DNA of 64,000 nucleotides from Escherichia coli (GTDB lineage Bacteria; Pseudomonadota; Gammaproteobacteria; Enterobacterales; Enterobacteriaceae): NCBI RefSeq assembly GCF_029227855.1, contig NZ_CP074356.1; one strand, 5' to 3'. Shown piece by piece: positions 55,328 to 64,000 of this stretch (position 1 is its first letter; each line of letters starts with the position of its first letter). The notes under the pieces were generated by a model. It saw only the letters and a program-made list of their open reading frames with translations, ran no database searches and was not told where the DNA came from. The position numbers and the translations under genes were made by a program.

Positions 55328-57373
55328 ATGCAGCAGTTAGCCAGTTTCTTATCCGGTACCTGGCAGTCTGGCCGGGGCCGTAGCCGTTTGATTCACCACG
55401 CCATTAGCGGCGAGGCGTTATGGGAAGTGACCAGTGAAGGTCTTGATATGGCGGCTGCCCGCCAGTTTGCCATTGAAAAAGGTGCCCCCGCCCTCCGCGC
55501 TATGACCTTTATCGAACGTGCGGCGATGCTTAAAGCGGTCGCTAAACATCTGCTGAGTGAAAAAGAGCGTTTCTATGCTCTTTCTGCACAAACAGGCGCA
55601 ACGCGGGCAGACAGTTGGGTTGATATTGAAGGTGGCATTGGGACGTTATTTACATACGCCAGCCTCGGTAGCCGGGAGCTGCCTGACGATACGCTGTGGC
55701 CGGAAGATGAATTGATCCCCTTATCGAAAGAAGGTGGATTTGCCGCGCGCCATGTACTGACCTCAAAGTCAGGCGTGGCAGTGCATATTAACGCCTTTAA
55801 CTTCCCCTGCTGGGGAATGCTGGAAAAGCTGGCACCAACGTGGCTGGGCGGAATGCCAGCCATCATCAAACCTGCCACCGCGACTGCCCAACTGACTCAG
55901 GCGATGGTGAAATCAATTGTCGATAGTGGTCTTGTTCCCGAAGGCGCAATTAGTCTGATCTGCGGTAGTGCGGGCGACCTTTTGGATCATCTGGACAGCC
56001 AGGATGTGGTGACTTTCACGGGGTCCGCGACGACCGGACAGATGCTGCGAGTTCAGCCAAATATCGTTGCCAAATCTATCCCCTTCACTATGGAAGCTGA
56101 TTCCCTGAACTGCTGCGTACTGGGCGAAGATGTCACCCCAGATCAACCGGAGTTTGCGCTGTTTATTCGTGAAGTTGTGCGTGAGATGACCACAAAAGCC
56201 GGGCAAAAATGTACGGCAATCCGGCGGATTATTGTGCCGCAAGTATTGGTTAATGCTGTCAGTGACGCTCTGGTTGCGCGATTACAGAAAGTCGTGGTCG
56301 GTGATCCTGCGCAGGAAGGCGTGAAAATGGGCGCACTGGTAAATGCTGAGCAGCGTGCCGATGTGCAGGAAAAAGTGAACACATTGCTGGCTGCAGGATG
56401 CGAGATTCGCCTCGGTGGTCAGGCGGATTTATCTGCTGCGGGTGCCTTCTTCCCGCCAACCTTATTGTACTGTCCGCAGCCGGATGAAACACCGGCGGTA
56501 CATGCAACAGAAGCCTTTGGCCCTGTCGCAACGCTAATGCCAGCACAAAACCAACAACATGCTCTGCAACTGGCTTGTTCAGGCGGCGGTAGCCTTGCGG
56601 GAACGCTGGTGACGGCTGATCCGCAAATAGCGCGTCAGTTTATTGCCGACGCGGCACGTACGCATGGGCGAATTCAGATCCTCAATGAAGAATCGGCAAA
56701 AGAATCCACCGGGCATGGCTCCCCACTGCCACAACTGGTACATGGTGGGCCTGGTCGCGCAGGAGGCGGTGAAGAATTAGGTGGTTTACGGACGGTGAAA
56801 CATTACATGCAGCGAACCGCTGTTCAGGGTAGTCCGACGATGCTTGCCGCTATCAGTAAACAGTGGGTGCGTGGTGCGAAAGTCGAAGAAGATCGTATTC
56901 ATCCGTTCCGCAAATATTTTGAGGAGCTGCAACCAGGCGACAGCCTGTTGACTCCCCGCCGCACAATGACAGAGGCCGATATTGTGAACTTTGCTTGCCT
57001 CAGCGGCGATCATTTCTATGCACATATGGATAAGATTGCTGCTGCCGAATCTATTTTTGGTGAGCGTGTAGTACATGGGTATTTTGTGCTTTCTGCGGCT
57101 GCGGGTCTGTTTGTCGATGCCGGAGTTGGTCCGGTCATTGCTAACTACGGGCTGGAAAACTTGCGTTTTATCGAACCCGTAAAACCAGGCGATACCATCC
57201 AGGTGCGTCTCACCTGTAAGCGCAAGACGCTGAAAAAACAGCGTAGCGCAGAAGAAAAACCAACAGGTGTAGTGGAATGGTCGGTAGAGGTATTCAATCA
57301 GCATCAAACCCCGGTGGCGCTGTATTCAATTCTGACGCTGGTGGCCAGGCAGCACGGTGATTTTGTCGATTAA
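55328..57373 (+). CDS. paaZ: Bifunctional oxepin-CoA hydrolase / 3-oxo-5,6-dehydrosuberyl-CoA semialdehyde dehydrogenase PaaZ (681 aa)
   Basis: N-terminal aldehyde dehydrogenase domain plus C-terminal MaoC-like hotdog domain; GGAG RBS. Confidence 0.95.
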   Translation: MQQLASFLSGTWQSGRGRSRLIHHAISGEALWEVTSEGLDMAAARQFAIEKGAPALRAMTFIERAAMLKAVAKHLLSEKERFYALSAQTGATRADSWVDIEGGIGTLFTYASLGSRELPDDTLWPEDELIPLSKEGGFAARHVLTSKSGVAVHINAFNFPCWGMLEKLAPTWLGGMPAIIKPATATAQLTQAMVKSIVDSGLVPEGAISLICGSAGDLLDHLDSQDVVTFTGSATTGQMLRVQPNIVAKSIPFTMEADSLNCCVLGEDVTPDQPEFALFIREVVREMTTKAGQKCTAIRRIIVPQVLVNAVSDALVARLQKVVVGDPAQEGVKMGALVNAEQRADVQEKVNTLLAAGCEIRLGGQADLSAAGAFFPPTLLYCPQPDETPAVHATEAFGPVATLMPAQNQQHALQLACSGGGSLAGTLVTADPQIARQFIADAARTHGRIQILNEESAKESTGHGSPLPQLVHGGPGRAGGGEELGGLRTVKHYMQRTAVQGSPTMLAAISKQWVRGAKVEEDRIHPFRKYFEELQPGDSLLTPRRTMTEADIVNFACLSGDHFYAHMDKIAAAESIFGERVVHGYFVLSAAAGLFVDAGVGPVIANYGLENLRFIEPVKPGDTIQVRLTCKRKTLKKQRSAEEKPTGVVEWSVEVFNQHQTPVALYSILTLVARQHGDFVD

Positions 57374-57620
57374 TCGGTCAATGAAGGGCAACGGCGAATA
57401 GTTGCCCTTTTATTTCACCAAATTTTGTGACGTTGTCACATTATGCATGATGTGTATCTGTATTTTCAGGGCACTCACTGTATGAAAAGCTGGCACACCT
57501 GCCAAACAACCTGGCAGGTGCAGGCAATCCCCTTTACATCAGTACTGATAATGTGAACCTGACTAAACCGCCCACAGAGCGCGGTTGCTAACAAGAACAC
57601 AACATCTGACGAGGTTAATA

Positions 57621-59894
57621 ATGGGAAGCCCCTCTCTGTATTCTGCCCGTAAAACAGCCCTGGCGTTGGCAGTCGCCTTAAGTTTCGCCTGGCAAGCGCC
57701 GGTATTTGCCCACGGTGGTGAAGCGCATATGGTGCCAATGGATAAAACGCTTAAAGAATTTGGTGCCGATGTGCAGTGGGACGACTACGCCCAGATCTTT
57801 ACCCTGATTAAAGATGGCGCGTACGTGAAAGTGAAGCCTGGTGCGCAAACAGCAATTGTTAATGGTCAGCCTCTGGCACTGCAAGTCCCGGTAGTGATGA
57901 AAGACAATAAAGCCTGGGTTTCTGACACCTTTATTAACGATGTTTTCCAGTCCGGGCTGGATCAAACCTTTCAGGTAGAAAAGCGCCCTCACCCACTTAA
58001 TGCGCTAACTGCGGACGAAATTAAACAGGCCGTTGAAATTGTTAAAGCTTCCGCGGACTTCAAACCCAATACCCGTTTTACTGAGATCTCCCTGCTACCG
58101 CCAGATAAAGAAGCTGTCTGGGCGTTTGCGCTCGAAAACAAACCAGTTGACCAGCCGCGCAAAGCCGACGTCATTATGCTCGACGGCAAACATATCATCG
58201 AAGCGGTGGTGGATCTGCAAAACAACAAACTGCTCTCCTGGCAACCCATTAAAGACGCCCACGGTATGGTGTTGCTGGATGATTTCGCCAGTGTGCAGAA
58301 CATTATTAACAACAGTGAAGAATTTGCCGCTGCCGTGAAGAAGCGCGGTATTACTGATGCGAAGAAAGTGATTACCACGCCGCTGACCGTAGGTTATTTC
58401 GATGGTAAAGATGGCCTGAAACAAGATGCCCGGTTGCTCAAAGTCATCAGCTATCTTGATGTTGGTGATGGCAACTACTGGGCACATCCCATCGAAAACC
58501 TGGTGGCGGTCGTTGACTTAGAACAGAAAAAAATCGTTAAGATTGAAGAAGGTCCGGTAGTTCCGGTGCCAATGACCGCACGCCCATTTGATGGCCGTGA
58601 CCGCATTGCTCCGGCAGTTAAACCTATGCAAATCATCGAGCCTGAAGGTAAAAATTACACCATTACTGGCGATATGATTCACTGGCGTAACTGGGATTTT
58701 CACCTCAGCATGAACTCTCGCGTCGGGCCGATGATCTCCACCGTGACTTATAACGACAATGGCACCAAACGCAAAGTCATGTACGAAGGTTCTCTCGGCG
58801 GCATGATTGTGCCTTACGGTGATCCTGATATTGGCTGGTACTTTAAAGCGTATCTGGACTCTGGTGACTACGGTATGGGCACGCTAACCTCACCAATTGC
58901 TCGTGGTAAAGATGCACCGTCTAACGCAGTGCTCCTTAATGAAACCATCGCCGACTACACTGGCGTGCCGATTGAGATCCCTCGCGCTATCGCGGTATTT
59001 GAACGTTATGCCGGGCTGGAGTATAAGCATCAGGAAATGGGCCAGCCCAACGTCAGTACCGAACGCCGGGAGTTGGTGGTGCGCTGGATCAGTACAGTGG
59101 GTAACTATGACTACATTTTTGACTGGATCTTCCATGAAAACGGCACTATTGGCATTGATGCCGGTGCTACGGGCATCGAAGCGGTGAAAGGTGTTAAAGC
59201 GAAAACCATGCACGATGAGACGGCGAAAGATGACACGCGCTACGGCACGCTTATCGATCACAATATCGTGGGTACTACACACCAACATATTTATAATTTC
59301 CGCCTCGATCTGGATGTAGATGGCGAAAATAACAGCCTGGTGGCGATGGATCCGGTGGTAAAACCGAATACTGCCGGTGGCCCACGCACCAGTACCATGC
59401 AAGTTAATCAGTACAACATCGGCAATGAACAGGATGCCGCGCAGAAGTTTGATCCGGGCACGATTCGTCTGTTGAGTAACCCGAACAAAGAGAACCGCAT
59501 GGGCAATCCGGTTTCCTATCAAATTATTCCTTATGCAGGTGGTACTCACCCGGTAGCAAAAGGTGCCCAGTTCGCCCCGGACGAGTGGATCTATCATCGT
59601 TTAAGCTTTATGGACAAGCAACTTTGGGTAACGCGTTACCATCCTGGCGAGCGTTTCCCTGAAGGCAAATACCCGAACCGTTCCACTCATGACACCGGTC
59701 TTGGACAATACAGTAAGGATAACGAGTCGCTGAACAACACCGACGCCGTTGTCTGGATGACCACCGGCACCACACATGTGGCCCGTGCCGAAGAGTGGCC
59801 GATTATGCCGACCGAATGGGTACATACTCTGCTTAAACCATGGAACTTCTTTGACGAAACGCCAACGCTAGGGGCGATAAAGAAAGATAAGTGA
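57621..59894 (+). CDS. tynA: Periplasmic copper/topaquinone primary amine oxidase TynA (MaoA), 757 aa
   Basis: Signal peptide, Cu-amine oxidase N2/N3 domains and catalytic domain; ATG 57621 preceded by GAGG. Confidence 0.95.
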   Translation: MGSPSLYSARKTALALAVALSFAWQAPVFAHGGEAHMVPMDKTLKEFGADVQWDDYAQIFTLIKDGAYVKVKPGAQTAIVNGQPLALQVPVVMKDNKAWVSDTFINDVFQSGLDQTFQVEKRPHPLNALTADEIKQAVEIVKASADFKPNTRFTEISLLPPDKEAVWAFALENKPVDQPRKADVIMLDGKHIIEAVVDLQNNKLLSWQPIKDAHGMVLLDDFASVQNIINNSEEFAAAVKKRGITDAKKVITTPLTVGYFDGKDGLKQDARLLKVISYLDVGDGNYWAHPIENLVAVVDLEQKKIVKIEEGPVVPVPMTARPFDGRDRIAPAVKPMQIIEPEGKNYTITGDMIHWRNWDFHLSMNSRVGPMISTVTYNDNGTKRKVMYEGSLGGMIVPYGDPDIGWYFKAYLDSGDYGMGTLTSPIARGKDAPSNAVLLNETIADYTGVPIEIPRAIAVFERYAGLEYKHQEMGQPNVSTERRELVVRWISTVGNYDYIFDWIFHENGTIGIDAGATGIEAVKGVKAKTMHDETAKDDTRYGTLIDHNIVGTTHQHIYNFRLDLDVDGENNSLVAMDPVVKPNTAGGPRTSTMQVNQYNIGNEQDAAQKFDPGTIRLLSNPNKENRMGNPVSYQIIPYAGGTHPVAKGAQFAPDEWIYHRLSFMDKQLWVTRYHPGERFPEGKYPNRSTHDTGLGQYSKDNESLNNTDAVVWMTTGTTHVARAEEWPIMPTEWVHTLLKPWNFFDETPTLGAIKKDK

Positions 59895-59904
59895 TTGTTT
59901 CAGA

Positions 59905-59936
59905 CTAAAAAAACGGCACCAGGTGCCGTTTTTTAC
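59905..59936. terminator. Bidirectional intrinsic terminator between convergent tynA and feaB (aaaaacggcacc ag ggtgccgttttt)
   Basis: Perfect hairpin flanked by an A run and a T run, seen directly. Confidence 0.55.
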
Positions 59937-59952
59937 TTATGCGCGAATCAGA

Positions 59953-61452
59953 TTAATACCGTACACACACCGATTTAGTTTCACACCAACCGTCCAGCCA
60001 GTCCGGGCCAAAATCACGGCCTGTTCCTGACTGCTTCATCCCACCAAACGGTAAGTTAGCGTCAATTAAGGTATGACTGTTTACCCACACCGTACCAGCC
60101 TGTAAGCGATCGCTATATTCCAGAGCCCGGGAGAGATTTTGCGTCCAGACGCTGGCAGTTAAGCCATATTCCGTGTCGTTTGCCAGTTGTAACGCCTCTT
60201 CTCCGTCTGCTACTCGCACCAGGTTAACCACCGGACCAAACACCTCTTCACGAGTTAAGCGCAATTTAGCATCGGGATTTACCACCAGCGTTGGCGCAAC
60301 ATAATACCCCTCTCCGGCTGGTCCATTCGACCCGCGAATCAGCTCTGCTTGCTGTGCCTGCGCATCGTCAAGGAATGAACGCACTTTGTCGCAGTGCGCA
60401 CGAGAAACCAAAGGGTTAATCTGTGCAACAGGTGACATCCCCGGTCCCACTTGCAACGATTTTACCGCCTGCTCAAATCCACTAACCATCGTGTCAAACA
60501 ACGGCGCTTCAATATAAATTCGCGAACTGGCGGCGCATACTTGTCCCTGATTCAGGAAGCTTCCGGTCATCAAGCCTTCAATAACCCATTGCGGATCAGC
60601 ATCTTTTAATACAATTGCCGGGTTTTTACCGCCCAGTTCCAGCGTTACACGCGTTAAGCGATCAGCAGCAGTTCTGGCAATACCTTTTCCCGTCGCGGTT
60701 GAACCGGTAAAACTGATTTTCGCAACATGAGGATGTGACGTCAGGGCCGCGCCGCATACAGCACCGGCCCCGGTGACGACATTAAAAACGCCATCAGGGA
60801 TACCAGCCTCGCTGGCCAGTTCCGCCACGCGCAACATCGTCAGTGGCGTGGTTTCCGAAGGCTTAATCACGATTGAACAGCCTGCTGCCAGTGCTGGCAT
60901 CACCTTCCACATGCCAATCATCAACGGAAAGTTCCATGGCACAATTCCCGCTACCACGCCAACCGGCTCTTTACGCGTCCAGGCCTGATAACGCGCCCCC
61001 TGGGGTAAGGGAATCGACAAGTCCAGCGTTTTACCCGCGATTTTGGTCGTTAACCCGGCGGTATAACGCATCCAGTTCAGCGTACAGCCAACTTCAAAAG
61101 CACGGGAAATGGCAATTGACTTGCCTTGCTCCAGGGTTTCCAGTTGCGCCAGCTCCTCACTGTGCAGCTCAACCAGATCGGCAAAACGTAGCAGGATACG
61201 TTCACGCTCTGCAGGTAATCGCCCGGCCCAGCGACGCGAGACGAAGGCGCGCCATGCAGACATGACTGCGTTATCTACATCCGCTTCGTTGGCATCAGCA
61301 GTTGACGCAATTTCTTGCCCGGTTGCTGGATCAAAGATCGCTAACCGTTTTTCACTTTGTGCGGGGCCAGGACGACCATCAATATAAAGACCGTGTTGAC
61401 GATCGAGAAACTGTTGGACCTGGCTTAATACTGCTACATGCGGCTCTGTCAT
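59953..61452 (-). CDS. feaB: Phenylacetaldehyde dehydrogenase FeaB (499 aa)
   Basis: Aldehyde dehydrogenase catalytic motifs (ELGGKNP; GQVCAASSR); synteny. Confidence 0.95.
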   Translation of the reverse strand: MTEPHVAVLSQVQQFLDRQHGLYIDGRPGPAQSEKRLAIFDPATGQEIASTADANEADVDNAVMSAWRAFVSRRWAGRLPAERERILLRFADLVELHSEELAQLETLEQGKSIAISRAFEVGCTLNWMRYTAGLTTKIAGKTLDLSIPLPQGARYQAWTRKEPVGVVAGIVPWNFPLMIGMWKVMPALAAGCSIVIKPSETTPLTMLRVAELASEAGIPDGVFNVVTGAGAVCGAALTSHPHVAKISFTGSTATGKGIARTAADRLTRVTLELGGKNPAIVLKDADPQWVIEGLMTGSFLNQGQVCAASSRIYIEAPLFDTMVSGFEQAVKSLQVGPGMSPVAQINPLVSRAHCDKVRSFLDDAQAQQAELIRGSNGPAGEGYYVAPTLVVNPDAKLRLTREEVFGPVVNLVRVADGEEALQLANDTEYGLTASVWTQNLSRALEYSDRLQAGTVWVNSHTLIDANLPFGGMKQSGTGRDFGPDWLDGWCETKSVCVRY

Positions 61453-61514
61453 CACTTTTCCTTATTATTTACCCAGTGTGATTTCAGTGTACGCAGCGAC
61501 AAGAAAAGTCACTT

Positions 61515-61600
61515 TTTTCGCTGTGACATTCGCTTTGTCAGCTGTGACAAGCTCCGCAAATCGTGACAATAACCGCTTATGTCTCTATGCCTGACAAGAC
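61515..61600. promoter_or_regulatory. feaB/feaR divergent promoter region with tandem TGTGACA/GTGACAA repeats (candidate AraC-type FeaR sites)
   Basis: gctgtgaca occurs twice about 21 bp apart, with further TGACA-like copies downstream; seen directly, function inferred. Confidence 0.35.
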
Positions 61601-61687
61601 TTATTTCCTATAGTCAGGCTCATTAGCTTCGTTTATTGCAACACAAATGCAACAATAAAAATACATTTCACAGAGCGAAAACGTGCC

Positions 61688-62593
61688 ATGAACCCCGCAG
61701 TGGATAATGAGTTTCAGCAATGGCTTTCCCAAATCAATCAGGTATGCGGAAATTTTACCGGACGCCTGCTGACTGAGCGTTACACGGGTGTACTGGATAC
61801 GCATTTTGCCAAAGGACTAAAGCTGAGTACCGTGACAACCAACGGGGTGAATTTATCCCGCACCTGGCAGGAAATAAAAGGCAGCGACGATGCCTGGTTT
61901 TACACCGTTTTTCAGCTTAGTGGTCAGGCAATAATGGAGCAGGATGAGCGTCAGGTGCAGATTGGCGCTGGCGATATTACGTTACTCGATGCCTCACGCC
62001 CCTGTTCGCTTTACTGGCAGGAGTCTTCTAAACAGATTTCATTACTTTTACCACGCACTCTGCTGGAACAATATTTTCCCCATCAAAAACCTGTCTGCGC
62101 AGAAAGACTGGACGCTGACTTACCCATGGTGCAACTCAGTCATCGCCTGTTACAGGAGAGCATGAATAATCCGGCACTTTCTGAAACAGAAAGTGAAGCT
62201 GCGCTACAGGCGATGGTGTGTCTGCTTCGCCCAGTACTTCATCAGCGGGAATCTGTCCAACCTCGCCGTGAACGTCAGTTTCAAAAAGTGGTTACGTTGA
62301 TAGACGATAATATTCGCGAAGAGATATTACGCCCGGAGTGGATAGCCGGAGAGACAGGTATGTCAGTACGTAGTTTGTACCGAATGTTTGCCGATAAAGG
62401 TTTGGTGGTCGCGCAATATATTCGTAACCGTCGTCTCGATTTTTGTGCTGATGCGATTCGCCATGCCGCAGATGATGAAAAACTGGCAGGTATTGGCTTT
62501 CATTGGGGATTTTCCGATCAGAGTCATTTTTCAACGGTATTTAAGCAACGCTTTGGGATGACGCCAGGCGAGTATCGACGTAAATTCCGCTAA
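61688..62593 (+). CDS. feaR: AraC-family transcriptional activator FeaR (301 aa)
   Basis: C-terminal AraC-type HTH in the translation; synteny. Confidence 0.9.
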   Translation: MNPAVDNEFQQWLSQINQVCGNFTGRLLTERYTGVLDTHFAKGLKLSTVTTNGVNLSRTWQEIKGSDDAWFYTVFQLSGQAIMEQDERQVQIGAGDITLLDASRPCSLYWQESSKQISLLLPRTLLEQYFPHQKPVCAERLDADLPMVQLSHRLLQESMNNPALSETESEAALQAMVCLLRPVLHQRESVQPRRERQFQKVVTLIDDNIREEILRPEWIAGETGMSVRSLYRMFADKGLVVAQYIRNRRLDFCADAIRHAADDEKLAGIGFHWGFSDQSHFSTVFKQRFGMTPGEYRRKFR

Positions 62594-62631
62594 CTAATTC
62601 GCGTTGCATGTACAGCAACGCGAATTAGTTA
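62591..62631. terminator. 41-bp near-perfect palindrome overlapping the feaR stop codon; putative bidirectional terminator
   Basis: taactaattcgcgttgc atgtaca gcaacgcgaattagtta, seen directly. Confidence 0.45.
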
Positions 62632-62764
62632 AAACAGATATTTGACTATGCATTTTTCAGGGCGAAAGGCAATTTGACAGGAATTTTTGAATATTCACCT
62701 TGTTTCCGGAAAATAGAATAATCGCCTTCTCCTGTAGCGTTATCCCGATATTGCGGTTTTGCTA

Positions 62765-63091
62765 TTAAAATTTTCGCACCCATTTACCGTTTATCCCTTG
62801 TACATATTCCCCCGGTTTAGCCCGAGCTACGAGCTTTTGCCCGGCGAGTTTCGCGATATCATCTACCGAGACATTATTTTGCTTTGCCAGTTGTTGGTAA
62901 CTCGCTTTACGTTCGGCATTAATGTCGTTTACTAATTTCTCTGTTTCAGCATCTGTTTTCAGCGCAACCAGATAACCATAAAATGTTTCCCCTACCCGCC
63001 CCTGAGTTCTGGCTTCATCCAGAGTCAATGCCATTACATTGCTGCTTACAAGCCCAACAAGAAACGCACAAAGAAGTAATGTTTTCTTCAT
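62765..63091 (-). CDS. ydbL: Periplasmic DUF1318 protein YdbL (108 aa from ATG 63091)
   Basis: Signal peptide MKKTLLLCAFLVGLVSSNVMA; length as in K-12. Confidence 0.8.
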   Translation of the reverse strand: MKKTLLLCAFLVGLVSSNVMALTLDEARTQGRVGETFYGYLVALKTDAETEKLVNDINAERKASYQQLAKQNNVSVDDIAKLAGQKLVARAKPGEYVQGINGKWVRKF

Positions 63092-63098
63092 CATCGCC

Positions 63099-63284
63099 TC
63101 AGAAAAGATCGCTACGAGTCTCAAGCAGCTCTTCGACATCTTTGTCTGCCTTGATGATGATCTCATGCTCAATTTTAACGTTCATATTGATAGTGATCGG
63201 TTCCTTAGGTGCAGCGACTTCAATGCGAGGCGTACAGCCAACCAGCATAAAAGATGACGTCAACGCAGCCAGTAAAATTTTCAT
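63099..63284 (-). CDS. ynbE: Lipoprotein YnbE (61 aa)
   Basis: Lipobox MLVGC after a signal peptide; overlaps the ydbH stop. Confidence 0.85.
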   Translation of the reverse strand: MKILLAALTSSFMLVGCTPRIEVAAPKEPITINMNVKIEHEIIIKADKDVEELLETRSDLF

Positions 63285-64000
63285 TGTTTTTCCTCACACT
63301 CTTTTCCTTGCGGACAGTCATTTCCCGGCAGACGTGCGTTCTGCTCCAACCATGCCTGGAGATTATCGCCAAAGCGTAAACTGCGCCACAGCGTAAAAAT
63401 ATTCTCTTCATGATGGTAATTAAGGTTTACCGTACCGCTTTTACCATCAACGCGACTGGTACCTGTAATGTTGGCCTGCATGGTTAATAAACCGAGATTA
63501 TCTAAATTAATATTTGTCGATGAACGGCTAATTTCCATATAGCGCAACCAGTTAATTGCTGAACCCGCAGTCATATTGTCTTTCACCACCGCATCTGCGG
63601 TGTCTTTATCCAGCCGCAAGGTCATTGGCCCGCTATTTGCCAGCCAGCCATCTTTCACTATCCATTTTTCGTTGTTTAGCCATAACGGCAATGCACCACT
63701 AAATGCCCCGGACATGGCGAATTGTTTCGGATTGACGGCGCTAACCAGTTCGCTGGATGAGAGATTATTCAGCCGCAACAGCGCCGGGTCATGTTGCGGC
63801 ATACGTAATTGTTTCATCAGCACGTTACCGCCTAACACATCGACGCTAACATCAGTCAACAACAATGGTTCTTCTTCTGTCCACGGATAGCGCCCTTGCA
63901 AATCAGCCGTAATATTTTTCGCTGTCACCAGATTAATCACTTCGGCAATTCGCAACGTAACGGGGCCGCGAGTCCCCAGATGCCAGGCTCCATCGGCAAA
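63281..64000 (-). CDS. ydbH: YdbH (large AsmA-like protein), C-terminal part; 5' end lies outside the window
   Basis: Open frame running to the window edge; synteny with ynbE/ydbL. Confidence 0.8.
   Translation of the reverse strand, partial: FADGAWHLGTRGPVTLRIAEVINLVTAKNITADLQGRYPWTEEEPLLLTDVSVDVLGGNVLMKQLRMPQHDPALLRLNNLSSSELVSAVNPKQFAMSGAFSGALPLWLNNEKWIVKDGWLANSGPMTLRLDKDTADAVVKDNMTAGSAINWLRYMEISRSSTNINLDNLGLLTMQANITGTSRVDGKSGTVNLNYHHEENIFTLWRSLRFGDNLQAWLEQNARLPGNDCPQGKECEEKQ

Overview
This 64-kb window is an Escherichia coli chromosomal segment that I recognise from protein-level and gene-order similarity (from memory, no database search) as the K-12 interval ydcZ to ydbH at about 31-32 min, presented in inverted orientation. 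I found no convincing evidence of a previously undescribed biological system. Gene order: ydcZ(partial)-ydcY-ortT-yncL-patD-ydcVUTS-ydcR-hicBA-yncJ-rlhA(ydcP)-sutR(ydcN)-ydcO-ydcL-tehBA-ydcK-rimL-[IS200]-ydcH-opgD-ydcJ-ydcI-trg-sokB/mokB/hokB-ydcA-rydC-cybB-gapC-aldA-ydcF-hrpA-azoR-ynbDCBA-ydbD-ydbC-[IS200]-paaYX-paaKJIHGFEDCBA-paaZ-tynA-feaB-feaR-ydbL-ynbE-ydbH(partial). No rRNA, tRNA, CRISPR array or prophage module was seen. The content differs from my recollection of K-12 MG1655 in five ways: (1) two ~709-bp IS200-family copies in direct orientation, each abutting the T-tract of an intrinsic terminator; (2) the ydbA autotransporter (an IS-disrupted pseudogene in K-12) is absent, with IS200 copy 2 at that position; (3) no IS609 (insQ) between ydcL and ydcO; (4) gapC is an intact 333-aa ORF; (5) ynbD is split into four ORF fragments in three frames. 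The most interesting items are the ynbD fragmentation within the poorly characterised ynbABCD lipid-enzyme cluster and the IS200 placement. Start codons were chosen by matching remembered K-12 protein lengths and are less certain than the stops.
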